This document shows, piece by piece, positions 1 through 11,140 of a DNA stretch of 64,000 nt. The DNA comes from an uncultured delta proteobacterium. GTDB taxonomy: Bacteria; Myxococcota_A; Polyangia; Palsa-1104. Below the pieces are notes generated by a model. It was not told the DNA's origin, did not search any database, and saw only the letters and a list, made by a program, of their open reading frames with translations. Position numbers and translations under genes: made by a program. Within the stretch, counting starts at the first letter, position 1, and the number at the start of each line of letters is the position of its first letter. The stretch spans positions 352,001 through 416,000 of the forward strand of contig CAWAWS010000015.1 in the NCBI GenBank assembly GCA_963785725.1, given 5' to 3'.

Positions 1-606
1 TTGAAGGGCGGCTCGGCGTTCGGCGTGCAGCTCGATTCGCTGGCCGACCTGGTCTCGTTCGGCGTCGCGCCGGCGGCGGTGTTTTACGCCTATTTCTCGC
101 GGCAGCCGGCGCTCGGCTGGGCCGACGGCGGCGGTCGCGTCGCGCTCGTCGTCTTTTGCGCGCTGTGGACGTTGGCGACGGCGATGCGGCTGGCGCGCTT
201 CAACGTCATCGCCGCCGGCGGCGCGGCCACGCATTACACCGGCACGCCGTCGACGATGACCGCCGGCACCGTCGGCGCGCTGTTCATCGCCGCCCTGAAG
301 TATGCCGATCCGAAGTGGCGCGGCAGCGAATGGATCGACCACTGGCGCGTCTTGGGCGGCCTTACGACCGACGGCCTCTTGCGCTTCGTGCCGCTGCTGT
401 TGCCCATCGGCGCCTTCGGCATGGTGTCGCCGCTGCGCGTGCCGCGGCTCGGTCGCACGCGCAGCCGCGTCACCGACGTCTTGCTCGCCGGCGGCGTCAT
501 CTCCGGCTACACCGCAGGCTTGTTCCACCATCTGCCCGAGTATTTGGCGTTCGGCGGGCTCTACTACTTAGTCGTCTGCTTCGCCTATCATCTCCGCACG
601 CGCTGA
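1..606 (+). CDS. pssA: CDP-diacylglycerol--serine O-phosphatidyltransferase / CDP-alcohol phosphatidyltransferase (5' end outside window)
   Basis: Motifs LDSLADLVSFGVAPA and RLARFN, multiple hydrophobic helices; ORF is open at the window edge. Confidence 0.8.
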   Translation: MKGGSAFGVQLDSLADLVSFGVAPAAVFYAYFSRQPALGWADGGGRVALVVFCALWTLATAMRLARFNVIAAGGAATHYTGTPSTMTAGTVGALFIAALKYADPKWRGSEWIDHWRVLGGLTTDGLLRFVPLLLPIGAFGMVSPLRVPRLGRTRSRVTDVLLAGGVISGYTAGLFHHLPEYLAFGGLYYLVVCFAYHLRTR

Positions 607-1503
607 GGCTTTCCGCTCGTCCATCTCGTCGATCGACTTGGGCCAATCGCCGTGCAAGAGGCGCGACAGGCCGCGATCGGCGAGCAGCTTGCCGCCGGTC
701 TGACAGGTCGCGCAGTAGTTCGTCTCGTTCTCGGCGTAGCGAATCCGCTGCACCGGCGTTTGGCACACCGGGCAGGGCTGGCGATACTTGCCGTGCACGG
801 CGAACTCGTCGCGAAAGGCGGTCACCTTCTCGGGAAACTTCGTCGCCGACTCTTGGCGCAGCTTGTCGGTCCACTCGCGCAACAGCGACTCGGTGGCCTT
901 GTGCAGCCGCGTAATCTCGGGCTCGCCCAGGCGTGACGTCAGCGCCACCGGGGACAGCTGCGCGCGGTGCAAGATCTCGTCGGAGTAGGCGTTGCCGATG
1001 CCGGAGAAGAGGCGCGGATCGGTCAACGTCCGCTTGACCGTGTGGTTCTCGCGCTGGATGACCTCGCGGAACGCCTGCTTGGTCGCGCCCAGCGGCTCGA
1101 GGCCGCCGCGATCGTGCTCGGCCAGGCCGGCCCGCCCTTGCACGACATGCAGCGACGCCCGCTTCTTCGTCGACGCCTCCGTCAGGATCAGCGTGCCCGA
1201 CGAGAAATCGAACGCCGCCAAGCCTACTTTGCCGGGGATCTTCGCGCCTTTTTGTCCCGGCCATTTCAGCCGACCGGCGACCATCAAGTGCAGGACGACA
1301 AAGACGTCGTCCTCGAGCGCGAAGACGATGCGCTTGCCGAGGCGCTCGAGACCGAGGACGCGCTTGCCGTCGACGGCCGACAGCGGCGGCGCCACCGAGC
1401 GCAACAGGAACGGGCTCGCCAGCCGCACGCGCTCCAGCGTCTGCCCGATGACCCGCTCGCCGACGCGCTCTACGTAGACGGTGACGTCCGGCAACTCCGG
1501 CAT
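568..1503 (-). CDS. Fpg/Nei-family DNA glycosylase/AP lyase
   Basis: N-terminal MPELPDV, RLGKRI, HLMVAG, GIGNAYSDEIL (H2TH), C-terminal zinc finger CPVC...CATCQ. Confidence 0.92.
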   Translation of the reverse strand: MPELPDVTVYVERVGERVIGQTLERVRLASPFLLRSVAPPLSAVDGKRVLGLERLGKRIVFALEDDVFVVLHLMVAGRLKWPGQKGAKIPGKVGLAAFDFSSGTLILTEASTKKRASLHVVQGRAGLAEHDRGGLEPLGATKQAFREVIQRENHTVKRTLTDPRLFSGIGNAYSDEILHRAQLSPVALTSRLGEPEITRLHKATESLLREWTDKLRQESATKFPEKVTAFRDEFAVHGKYRQPCPVCQTPVQRIRYAENETNYCATCQTGGKLLADRGLSRLLHGDWPKSIDEMDERKASARAEMIGEADD

Positions 1504-1557
1504 GGTCTAGGTATCTTAACCATCCCGGAAGCGGCTTGCTGCTCGATTATTCGCCGG

Positions 1558-3018
1558 CTACTCGTGCGTGAAGAGCTCGATCGAGGCGGTGGGCTTGCCG
1601 TCGCTGCCGAGGCCGCCGGCGATGACGATGTCGCCGGTCTCGAGCAGCTGCGAGACGTGGTTGCGGCGCGGCGTGGCCAAGGGCACGGTAGCCTGGATGG
1701 CGTAGCTCGAGGTGTCGAGGATGTCGCAGCTGCCCTGCGCGGTGCCGGTGCCGTCGGCGCCGCCGCAGACGACGAGCACGCTGCCCGAGATGGTCGCCGA
1801 GTGGCCGACGCGCGCCACCGACAGCGCGGTCGGCAGCTGCGTCACCGTCGGCGGCGTCACGCCGGGCGAGATGACGATGCCGCCTTGCGAGACCGTGCCG
1901 TCGTCGTGCTGGCCGCCGAGGATGAGGACGTCGCCGTTGGGCATCGTCGTCGCCGTGGCGTCGACGAGGTTGGGCAGGGTCACGCCGAGCGAGTAGGCGG
2001 CGAACGTCTGGCCGACGAGCCGCTCGGCGACGGGCAGCGTCGAGCCGGCCGCCAAGCCACCGAACAAGATGGCGCCGTCACCGTCGGAGAAGTGGGCGGC
2101 GGCGACGGCGTGACCGCTGCGCGCGGCGGCCATCGGCGTGGCCAGCGCGGTCAAGCGGATGGCGCCCGACGGGTTGACGAGCCCGCCGGTGTTGAGCGGC
2201 ATGCCGTTGCCGTCGAGGCCGCCGGTGATGAGCGTGTCGCCCGAGGCCAAGACGGCGCCGTTGGGGAACGAGCGCGCCGTAAAGGCGTCGGTCGGCAGCG
2301 GCGCCCAGACGCCGAGGCCGGTCGTGGGGTCGAACAGCTCGATCGTGGACTGCGGCGTGCCGGTCGTGCCGATGCCGATCGACTGCGCGCCGCCGTAGGC
2401 CCACGCCTGCACGCTCGTCGAGGCGCCGGCCAGGCCGCCGGCGCGCGCGGTCTCCATGTCCGACGTGTTGATGATGGCCTGCGTAAAGACGTCGTAGACG
2501 GCGGTAGTGGGCAGCGCGTTGCCGTTGATGTCGCGTCCGCCGCAAAAGAGCACGCCGAGGCCCGTCACCGACGTCGACGCCATGTCGGTGCGCGGCGCGG
2601 GCGTGGCCGCTTGCGAGCCGTCGGCCAGCGTCGTCAAGACCGAGATGGCCGCCGACGTCGTCGCCACTTTGCCGGGGCGGCCGACCCAGACCGCGATCGG
2701 CCCTTGATCCATCGCCGACAGCTGCAGCGACGGCGTGACGCCGTGCGCGATGACGTTGCCGCCGGCGTCGAGCGCTTCGACGAGCACGGGACCGTCGGTG
2801 CTCTCGGGCTTCTGCTTGACGCTCAAGTTGAAGTGGCCGGCGGTGACGGTCTCGGTGTCGACGTTGGTGCTGTCGCCGATGGTGAAGCGCACCGACGCCG
2901 CGTCGGCGAACGGATCGTCGGTGGGCGAGACGACGATGTCGAGCGAGAGCGTGCCCGACTTTCCGCCGCACGCGGCCAAGCTAACCAAGAAAGCGGAGGC
3001 AATTAGGATTCGGTTCAT
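1558..3018 (-). CDS. Kelch-repeat (beta-propeller) lipoprotein
   Basis: Likely start MNRILIASAFLVSLAAC (lipobox) at 3018; repeated R-x-GH...GG Kelch motifs. The ORF track fuses it to yggU through a frameshift. Confidence 0.8.
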   Translation of the reverse strand: MNRILIASAFLVSLAACGGKSGTLSLDIVVSPTDDPFADAASVRFTIGDSTNVDTETVTAGHFNLSVKQKPESTDGPVLVEALDAGGNVIAHGVTPSLQLSAMDQGPIAVWVGRPGKVATTSAAISVLTTLADGSQAATPAPRTDMASTSVTGLGVLFCGGRDINGNALPTTAVYDVFTQAIINTSDMETARAGGLAGASTSVQAWAYGGAQSIGIGTTGTPQSTIELFDPTTGLGVWAPLPTDAFTARSFPNGAVLASGDTLITGGLDGNGMPLNTGGLVNPSGAIRLTALATPMAAARSGHAVAAAHFSDGDGAILFGGLAAGSTLPVAERLVGQTFAAYSLGVTLPNLVDATATTMPNGDVLILGGQHDDGTVSQGGIVISPGVTPPTVTQLPTALSVARVGHSATISGSVLVVCGGADGTGTAQGSCDILDTSSYAIQATVPLATPRRNHVSQLLETGDIVIAGGLGSDGKPTASIELFTHE

Positions 3019-3312
3019 GTGTCCTCGAGCTGCGAGCGGAGCGCGGCGGGCGTGGCGCCCACGACGCGCACGGTCTTCTTGCGACCGGTCAGGCCGCGGA
3101 TGATGTGGATTCTGATTGCGTCGCGCACCCAGCTTTCGCGCCAGGAGCGTCACCAAGGCTTCGTTGGCGGCGCCGTCGACGGGCGGCGCGGTGAGCTGAA
3201 TCTTGAGCCGATCGCCGAGCACCGGGCCGAGCCGCTCCTTGGACGCGCGCGGAACGACCTGCACGTCGAAGGTGATGGCGTCGGCGGACTCGCTGATGGG
3301 CAACGTCGACAT
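3015..3312 (-). CDS. yggU: DUF167/YggU family protein (one extra base near 3110)
   Basis: VQVVPRAS...LKIQLTAPPVDGAANEAL. Removing one base near 3110 gives IHIIRGLTGRKKTVRV...EDT* ending in an ATGA overlap with the next gene. Confidence 0.85.
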
Positions 3313-3314
3313 CG

Positions 3315-4142
<828 letters not shown>

Positions 4143-4203
4143 CGGCGGGGACTCTAGCAGAACTTTGGACGCGGATTGTGTAGCGCGAGTTCCCGTGCGC
4201 GGC

Positions 4204-5381
<1,178 letters not shown>

Positions 5382-5385
<4 letters not shown>

Positions 5386-5654
5386 TCGTCACCGTCGTCG
5401 CCGGCGGCGGCGAAGATCGCGAGCGGCGCCGGCTGCACGGGCGGGCGCGACGTGAAGGCCTCGACGCGCACGGAGCCGGCTTGGGCGCACAGGCGGGCGG
5501 CTTGCACCATGCACTCTTTGCCTTCGCAGGGGCCGGTGCCGAGGCCGGTGTAGCGCTTGATCTCCTCGACGCTGCCGTAGCCGAGGGCGATCGTGTGCTG
5601 GATGTCGGCGAGGGTCACGTCTTCGCAGCGGCAGACGATGGCTTTGGTGCTCAC
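5382..5654 (-). CDS. BFD-like (2Fe-2S)-binding small subunit
   Basis: IVCRCEDVT...EEIKRYTGLGTGPCEGKEC...TSRPPV; 4-nt overlap with the downstream gene. Confidence 0.88.
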
Positions 5655-5667
5655 GAGCGCACCCGGG

Positions 5668-6981
5668 TCATTTCAAGCTCCCGGCGACGGCGTGGCCGCA
5701 GCGTTCGCCGCTCTGCCCCGCGCGCTCGCAGTTGACGAAGCCGGCCACGTCGCCGCACGCGAACAGCTCGGGCGTCGGCCCGCGACCGTCGCCGTCGACG
5801 CGACAGCTGAAGCCGCCGCCCGGCTCGTCGTACGCGACGGGCACGCCGTGTTGCCGCGGCAGCTCCGAGGCCGGCGCCGGCCGGGCCGCCACGGCCACGA
5901 GGTCACACTTGATCTTGCGCTTCGTCGTCTCGAGCGCGCGCACCCACGAATGGCCGTGCGCCGCGACCGGCTGCTCGTCGCGCCCATCGATGCGCGTGAC
6001 CTCGGCGCCGCCCGCGGCCAACGCGTCGGTCAGCGCCCGCGCGTAAGGCCCGTCGCCGATGACGACCGGTCGCGTCGCCGGCGCCACGCCGAAGCGCACG
6101 AGCAGCCGTCCGACGGCGCGCGCCGGCAAGACGCCCGGCCGGTCATTGTCGACGAAGATCGCATTCTGGTCGTAGGCGCCCGTCGCATACACGTAGCGCT
6201 TGGCCGTCAGCTTCACGAGACCCGCGGGCGCATGCAACGCCAACAATCCCGGCGCCGCGCCTTTGCTGGCCGCGTCTTCGGGATACCACGCGATCGCCGT
6301 CGTCGACGTCATGATGTCGACGCCGGCTGCTTGCGCCTCTTGCACCAGCGCATCGGCCGCGCGCGGACCGAACGCCGGATGCGCCAACAACGATCCGCCC
6401 GCACGATCCTGCTCATCGACGACCAGCGTCGCGTGACCGGCCTTGGCGCAGACGATCGCGCAGCGCAATCCCGCCGGACCGCCGCCGATGATGGCGACGT
6501 CGACGTGGCGCGTCCGCGGCTTCGGCAAGACCGGCGGCTTCGGCTGCGCGTCCGGCAGCTTGCCGAGCCCGCCCAGCTGTCGCACCACTTTGTTCAACAC
6601 CGCGTTCAGCGCCCGCGGCGACGTCATCATCGTGTGATGATCCATCCCCTTGGCGAAGAAGAAGTCGGCCGCGCCCAAGACGTCGAACCCGCCCGACGGG
6701 AAGGCGTTCTGCCGCTCGATGCGCAGGCCGTCCGTGACGGGCGTCTTGCAGGCGCGCACGTTGGGCTTGCCGTCGATGCGCATGAGGCAGGCGCCACAGT
6801 GGCCGGCGAGACAGAAAAAGCCGCGCGGCCGGTGATATTTGACCGAACGCGACAACACGCGCTGGCCCGACGCGAACAGCGCCACGGCCACCGACTCGCC
6901 GGCATGCGCCGTCACGTCGTCGCCTTCGAACTTCAGGGTCACCCGCTCACCGCGGGCGCGCTCGCTCAGTCGTCGGTCCAT
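5668..6981 (-). CDS. 2Fe-2S plus FAD/NAD-binding oxidoreductase (proline dehydrogenase alpha / N-terminal half of sarcosine oxidase alpha-like)
   Basis: RSVKYHRPRGFFCLAGHCGAC...AC, VDVAIIGGGPAGL, ATGAYD, NDRPGV, FACGDV; no C-terminal folate-binding domain. Start ATG 6981 or TTG 6987. Confidence 0.85.
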   Translation of the reverse strand: MDRRLSERARGERVTLKFEGDDVTAHAGESVAVALFASGQRVLSRSVKYHRPRGFFCLAGHCGACLMRIDGKPNVRACKTPVTDGLRIERQNAFPSGGFDVLGAADFFFAKGMDHHTMMTSPRALNAVLNKVVRQLGGLGKLPDAQPKPPVLPKPRTRHVDVAIIGGGPAGLRCAIVCAKAGHATLVVDEQDRAGGSLLAHPAFGPRAADALVQEAQAAGVDIMTSTTAIAWYPEDAASKGAAPGLLALHAPAGLVKLTAKRYVYATGAYDQNAIFVDNDRPGVLPARAVGRLLVRFGVAPATRPVVIGDGPYARALTDALAAGGAEVTRIDGRDEQPVAAHGHSWVRALETTKRKIKCDLVAVAARPAPASELPRQHGVPVAYDEPGGGFSCRVDGDGRGPTPELFACGDVAGFVNCERAGQSGERCGHAVAGSLK

Positions 6982-7009
6982 TGTCAACGCGGGAGGATGA
7001 CACTATCTT
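6981..7009 (+). promoter_or_regulatory. sigma70-like promoter of pruA, leaderless geometry
   Basis: TTGTCA (6981-6986), 17-bp spacer, TATCTT (7004-7009), ATG 6 nt downstream. Confidence 0.55.
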
Positions 7010-7015
7010 GCCGAG

Positions 7016-8650
7016 ATGCTCAACTCCATCCCGAAGGTCCCGCCGCCAATCAACGAACCGGTGTTGAATTATGGCCCGGGATCGCCCGAGAAGCAGGCGC
7101 TCAAGCGCGCGCTCGAGACCTTGGCGGCGACGCCGGCCGACGTGCCGCTGCTCATCGGTGGCGAGCGCCGTAAAGGCAGCGGGCAAGCGGACGTCTTCTC
7201 ACCGCACGCGAAGAAGAAAGTGGTCGCGCGCGTCGCGCAGGCCACGGCGGAAGATGCCGAGTCGGCGGTGAAGGCGGCGCTGGCGGCGCAGGCGTCGTGG
7301 GCGGCGACGCCGCTGCACGAGCGGCTGGCCGTCTTCTTGCGCGCGGCCGAGCTCTTGGCCGGCAAATATCGCCCGATCTTGAACGCGGCCACGATGCTCG
7401 GTCAGTCGAAGACGGCGCATCAGGCGGAGATCGACGCCGCCTGCGAATCGATCGACTTCTGGCGCTGGAATGCGCATTTTGCCGAGCGGATCGCCGCCGA
7501 GCAGCCGCATTCGGGGCCCGGCATGTGGAACCAGCTGGAGGCGCGGCCGCTCGAGGGCTTCGTCTTCGCGGTGACGCCGTTCAACTTCACGTCCATCGGC
7601 GCCAACTTGCCGACGGCGCCGGCGATGATGGGCTGTACCGTGGTCTGGAAGCCGGCGCCGACGGCGATGCTCTCGGCGCACTTCATCATGGAGATCCTGC
7701 GCGAAGCCGGGCTGCCCGACGGCGTCATCAACTTCGTTCCCGGCGCGCCCAAAGCCATCGGCGACGTCTGCTTGGGCCATCGCGACTTGGCCGGCGTGCA
7801 CTTCACCGGCTCGACCGGCGTCTTCCAGCACATGTGGCGCACCGTCGGCGAGAACATCGGCCGCTATCGCACGTATCCGCGGCTCATCGGCGAGACCGGC
7901 GGCAAAGACTTCATCGTCGCCCATCCGTCGGCCGATCCGGAGGCGCTCGCCGTCGCCATCGTCCGCGGCGGCTACGAATATCAGGGGCAGAAGTGCTCGG
8001 CCGCGTCGCGCGTCTACGTGCCCGAGTCGCTGTGGAAGGGCGGGCTCAAAGATCGCGTGCTGTCGCTCATCGGCGAAATCAAAATGGGCGACGTCGCCGA
8101 CTTCACGAACTTCATGGGCGCAGTCATCGACGAGCGCTCGTTCAAGAACATCGGCGGCTTCGTGCAGGCGGCGAAGGATTCGTCGACGATGAAGATCTTG
8201 GCCGGCGGCAACCTGAACGACGCGCAGGGCTGGTTCGTGCCGCCGACGCTGGTGCAGAGCGACGATCCGAAGTCGAAGCTGATGTCGGAGGAGATCTTCG
8301 GACCGGTGGTGACGGTGCACGTCTATCCCGACCATAAGTGGCAGGAGACGCTGCAGCTCGTCGACGAGACCTCGCCCTATGCGTTGACGGGCGCGATCTG
8401 GTCGCGTGAGCGCGCGCCGATCGAGGAGGCCAAGCAGCGGCTCAAGCAGGCGGCGGGCAACTTCTACGTCAACGACAAGCCGACGGGCGCGGTCGTCGGG
8501 CAGCAGCCGTTCGGCGGCGCGCGCGCGTCGGGCACGAACGACAAGGCCGGCTCGCTGTGGAACCTGATTCGCTGGGTCTCGCCGCGCACGATCAAGGAGA
8601 CGTTCGCGCCGCCGACCGACTTCCGCTATCCGTACATGCAGGAGCCGTAG
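7016..8650 (+). CDS. pruA: L-glutamate gamma-semialdehyde (P5C) dehydrogenase, monofunctional
   Basis: NEPVLNYGPGSPE, QSKTAHQAEIDAACE, PFNFTSI, FTGST, ETGGKDF, EYQGQKCSA, QQPFGGARASGTNDKAG. Confidence 0.95.
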   Translation: MLNSIPKVPPPINEPVLNYGPGSPEKQALKRALETLAATPADVPLLIGGERRKGSGQADVFSPHAKKKVVARVAQATAEDAESAVKAALAAQASWAATPLHERLAVFLRAAELLAGKYRPILNAATMLGQSKTAHQAEIDAACESIDFWRWNAHFAERIAAEQPHSGPGMWNQLEARPLEGFVFAVTPFNFTSIGANLPTAPAMMGCTVVWKPAPTAMLSAHFIMEILREAGLPDGVINFVPGAPKAIGDVCLGHRDLAGVHFTGSTGVFQHMWRTVGENIGRYRTYPRLIGETGGKDFIVAHPSADPEALAVAIVRGGYEYQGQKCSAASRVYVPESLWKGGLKDRVLSLIGEIKMGDVADFTNFMGAVIDERSFKNIGGFVQAAKDSSTMKILAGGNLNDAQGWFVPPTLVQSDDPKSKLMSEEIFGPVVTVHVYPDHKWQETLQLVDETSPYALTGAIWSRERAPIEEAKQRLKQAAGNFYVNDKPTGAVVGQQPFGGARASGTNDKAGSLWNLIRWVSPRTIKETFAPPTDFRYPYMQEP

Positions 8651-8871
8651 CGTCGCAGTCGTTCGTGCGTTGGTCGGGCCGATTGAGCGCCGGCGACGCG
8701 ATTCCCGCAGCTTCCCGTCGTCAGCGCCCACTCGAATTCGATTGTCGCGTCCGCACGCCGCTCACGATCGCAGCCAGCCCGCCTCGAATATCGCCACTGC
8801 CACTGCGAGCAGATCAGGCCCGACAGCGAGATCGGTGCGGCCGAATTCGGACGGATGCGCCGGGCGGAGGC

Positions 8872-9978
8872 TCAGTGCAGATGCAGGATCGTGCCGGCTT
8901 CGCCGACGAGGTAGACGTTCCGAGCGTCGCTGCCCCAGATGGCGTGCCAGTCGACCGTCGCCGGCAACGTGACGGGCGCGAACGTGTTGCCGTCGCTCGC
9001 GTGCAAGAGCTGCGAGCCCGCGACGTAGATGTCGGTGGCGCTCGAGCCCCAGACGGCGTTGGCGTCGTCGAGATCGGGGAGGGTGGCCGGCGCGAACGTC
9101 TGGCCGCCGTCGCTCGAGCGCAACAGTCGCCCGAACGTGCGCGGCACGTCGCTGGCGTTGGCGACGGCGTAGACGTTGGCGTCGCCCGCGCCCCAGGCGG
9201 CCTCGACGCAGCCCGACTGGCTGCCGCCGGCGGCGCTGAAGCTCGTCGTCCAGCTGCTGCCGCTGTCGCTCGACCGGCGGATCTCGAAGCTGCGCACGCC
9301 GCCCAACGCCAACAGCGCGCCGTCAGCGCCGACGAAGACGCCGTGCATCGCCGGCAGCGACGACACCGCCAGCAGCGTCGACGTCGCGAAGTCGTCGGTC
9401 GAGGCCAAGACGCCGCCGTAGACCGCGAGGTATAGCGTGCCGTCGGCGCCGCGCGCGAAGTTGTAAGCGGCCGTCGTCAGCTCGGTGCGCGTCCAGGTCG
9501 CGCCGTCGTCGGCCGAGCGCAAGAGCACGCCGCCGTCGCACAAGCCGCTGTCGCAGCGCAGTCCGGCGACCAAGAGCTGGCCGTCGGCGCCGATCACTGT
9601 CGTGTATTGATCGCTGTCGCCGCTGCGAACGATCGTCCAGCTGCCGTCGCCGCCCGACCGCAAGATCGAGTGCGTGCCGACGACCCAGGTCGCGCCGTGG
9701 CCGTCGCCCCATATGGCCGTGAGCGCGTCGGTCGTGCCGCTGACCTCGCTGTTCCATTGCGGGTCCACTTGCGTTCCGGTCGATGGCGCCGCCGTGCCTC
9801 CATCGCCGTTCGCGCCCGCTGGCGCTGCCGTTCCCGGCGTGACGGCAACAGGCGTCGCCGCGGTGCCATTGGCGGTTGCGGCGGCGGCCGGCGCGACCGT
9901 TGTCGATCCGGCGCCGGTGCAGCCGAGTGTGCAGAAACCGCAGGAGAGGACAATCCAAGAAGTGAACATTTTGCGCAT
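8872..9978 (-). CDS. WD40/YVTN/BNR-like repeat lipoprotein
   Basis: Signal peptide with Cys, Ala/Thr linker, repeated (A/V)WG-S...(D/N)VY and SxDxGxTW BNR motifs. Confidence 0.75.
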   Translation of the reverse strand: MRKMFTSWIVLSCGFCTLGCTGAGSTTVAPAAAATANGTAATPVAVTPGTAAPAGANGDGGTAAPSTGTQVDPQWNSEVSGTTDALTAIWGDGHGATWVVGTHSILRSGGDGSWTIVRSGDSDQYTTVIGADGQLLVAGLRCDSGLCDGGVLLRSADDGATWTRTELTTAAYNFARGADGTLYLAVYGGVLASTDDFATSTLLAVSSLPAMHGVFVGADGALLALGGVRSFEIRRSSDSGSSWTTSFSAAGGSQSGCVEAAWGAGDANVYAVANASDVPRTFGRLLRSSDGGQTFAPATLPDLDDANAVWGSSATDIYVAGSQLLHASDGNTFAPVTLPATVDWHAIWGSDARNVYLVGEAGTILHLH

Positions 9979-9981
9979 TGA

Positions 9982-11043
9982 TTAGCTCCGTCCGTGCACA
10001 ATCTGGCCGGCGCTGCCGACCACATAGATGTCGTTTGCCGACGAACCCCAAACCTTCGTGTAACCGGCGCTGCTGCTCGTCTGGGCCGGCAGCGTGACGG
10101 TCGTCCAGGTCACGCCGGCGTCGCTCGAGTGGACGAGACCGCCGCCCGACGCCAAGACGTCGACGTCGTTCGCGCCCGAGCCCCAGACGCTGACGAGGCC
10201 GCCGACGCCGGCGGGCGGCGTCAGCGTCTGCCAGGTCGCGCCGTCGTCGCTCGAGCGCGAGACGCTGGCCGGCGCGCCGACGGCCCAGATGTCGTTCGCG
10301 CTCGACCCCCAAGCCGCCAAGAGCCCATCGGGATTGCCCGGCACCGCCACGGCATAGTCGGCAAACGCGTCATGCGTCTTGGCGACCGCCTGCCGGTTCA
10401 GCGCGTCGTTGCCGAACGCGAAGACGTCGCCGGCGCTCGCGCCCCAAACCGCCACCGCCTGCAGCTGCGGCAACGCCGTCGTCGTCCAGCTCGCGCCGCG
10501 GTCGGTCGAGTGGTAGAGCGAGCCGTAGTCGGCGATGTAGACGTCGTCGGCGTCCGAGCCCCACACCGTCGCGTCGAAGCTGCCGGTGCGCGTCAGCGTC
10601 CATGTCGCGCCGCCGTCGACGGAGTGCTGCACCGAGCCGGTCCAGCTCGGATTGGCGACGGCGCCGACAACATAGACGTCGCTCGCCGAGGCGCCCCACA
10701 CGTCGTGCAAGTCGTCTTCGCAGCCGCTCGCGATGGCGGTCCAGCTGCCGTCGCCCGTCGAGCGCAGGATCGTGCCGCCGGCACCGACCGCGTAGACATC
10801 GTTCGCGCTCGATCCCCACACGCTCGTGAGCGCGGCATTGCCGGCCGCTTCGACGGACCAAACGAGCCCGCCCGAAGTCGTCGTCGTTGGAGCTGCCGTT
10901 GGCGCCGAGCCGCTCGTCGTTGCGGCGGTAGCGGTGGAGCTGGGTGCGAACGTCGTCGGCGTGGCCGTCGTGACAGTCGTCGACGGTGCAACGCCTCCAC
11001 AACCGACGACCGCCAGGCTCAAGAGCAAGCGACAACTGCGCAT
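9982..11043 (-). CDS. WD40/YVTN/BNR-like repeat lipoprotein (paralogue of neighbour)
   Basis: MRSCRLLLSLAVVGC lipobox; about 7 VWGSSANDVY-type repeats and SxDxGATW motifs. Confidence 0.78.
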   Translation of the reverse strand: MRSCRLLLSLAVVGCGGVAPSTTVTTATPTTFAPSSTATAATTSGSAPTAAPTTTTSGGLVWSVEAAGNAALTSVWGSSANDVYAVGAGGTILRSTGDGSWTAIASGCEDDLHDVWGASASDVYVVGAVANPSWTGSVQHSVDGGATWTLTRTGSFDATVWGSDADDVYIADYGSLYHSTDRGASWTTTALPQLQAVAVWGASAGDVFAFGNDALNRQAVAKTHDAFADYAVAVPGNPDGLLAAWGSSANDIWAVGAPASVSRSSDDGATWQTLTPPAGVGGLVSVWGSGANDVDVLASGGGLVHSSDAGVTWTTVTLPAQTSSSAGYTKVWGSSANDIYVVGSAGQIVHGRS

Positions 11044-11056
11044 GGCCTGTACGCTG

Positions 11057-11072
11057 AGCAAACGACGTGCCG
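11057..11072 (-). promoter_or_regulatory. sigma54 (-24/-12) promoter
   Basis: Minus strand CGGCACG-TCGT-TTGCT, 13 nt upstream of the ATG at 11043. Confidence 0.55.
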
Positions 11073-11140
11073 CTCAGCTGAGCCCGCGAAACGAATCAGT
11101 TGTCGCGACACCCGTTGCCGATCGGCTTATACTGCCGCCC

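Noticed and set aside
1558..3312. 584-aa DUF167-Kelch fusion in the ORF track
   Set aside because: Artefact of one extra base; repair yields a normal YggU ending in an ATGA overlap and a separate lipoprotein with its own signal peptide.
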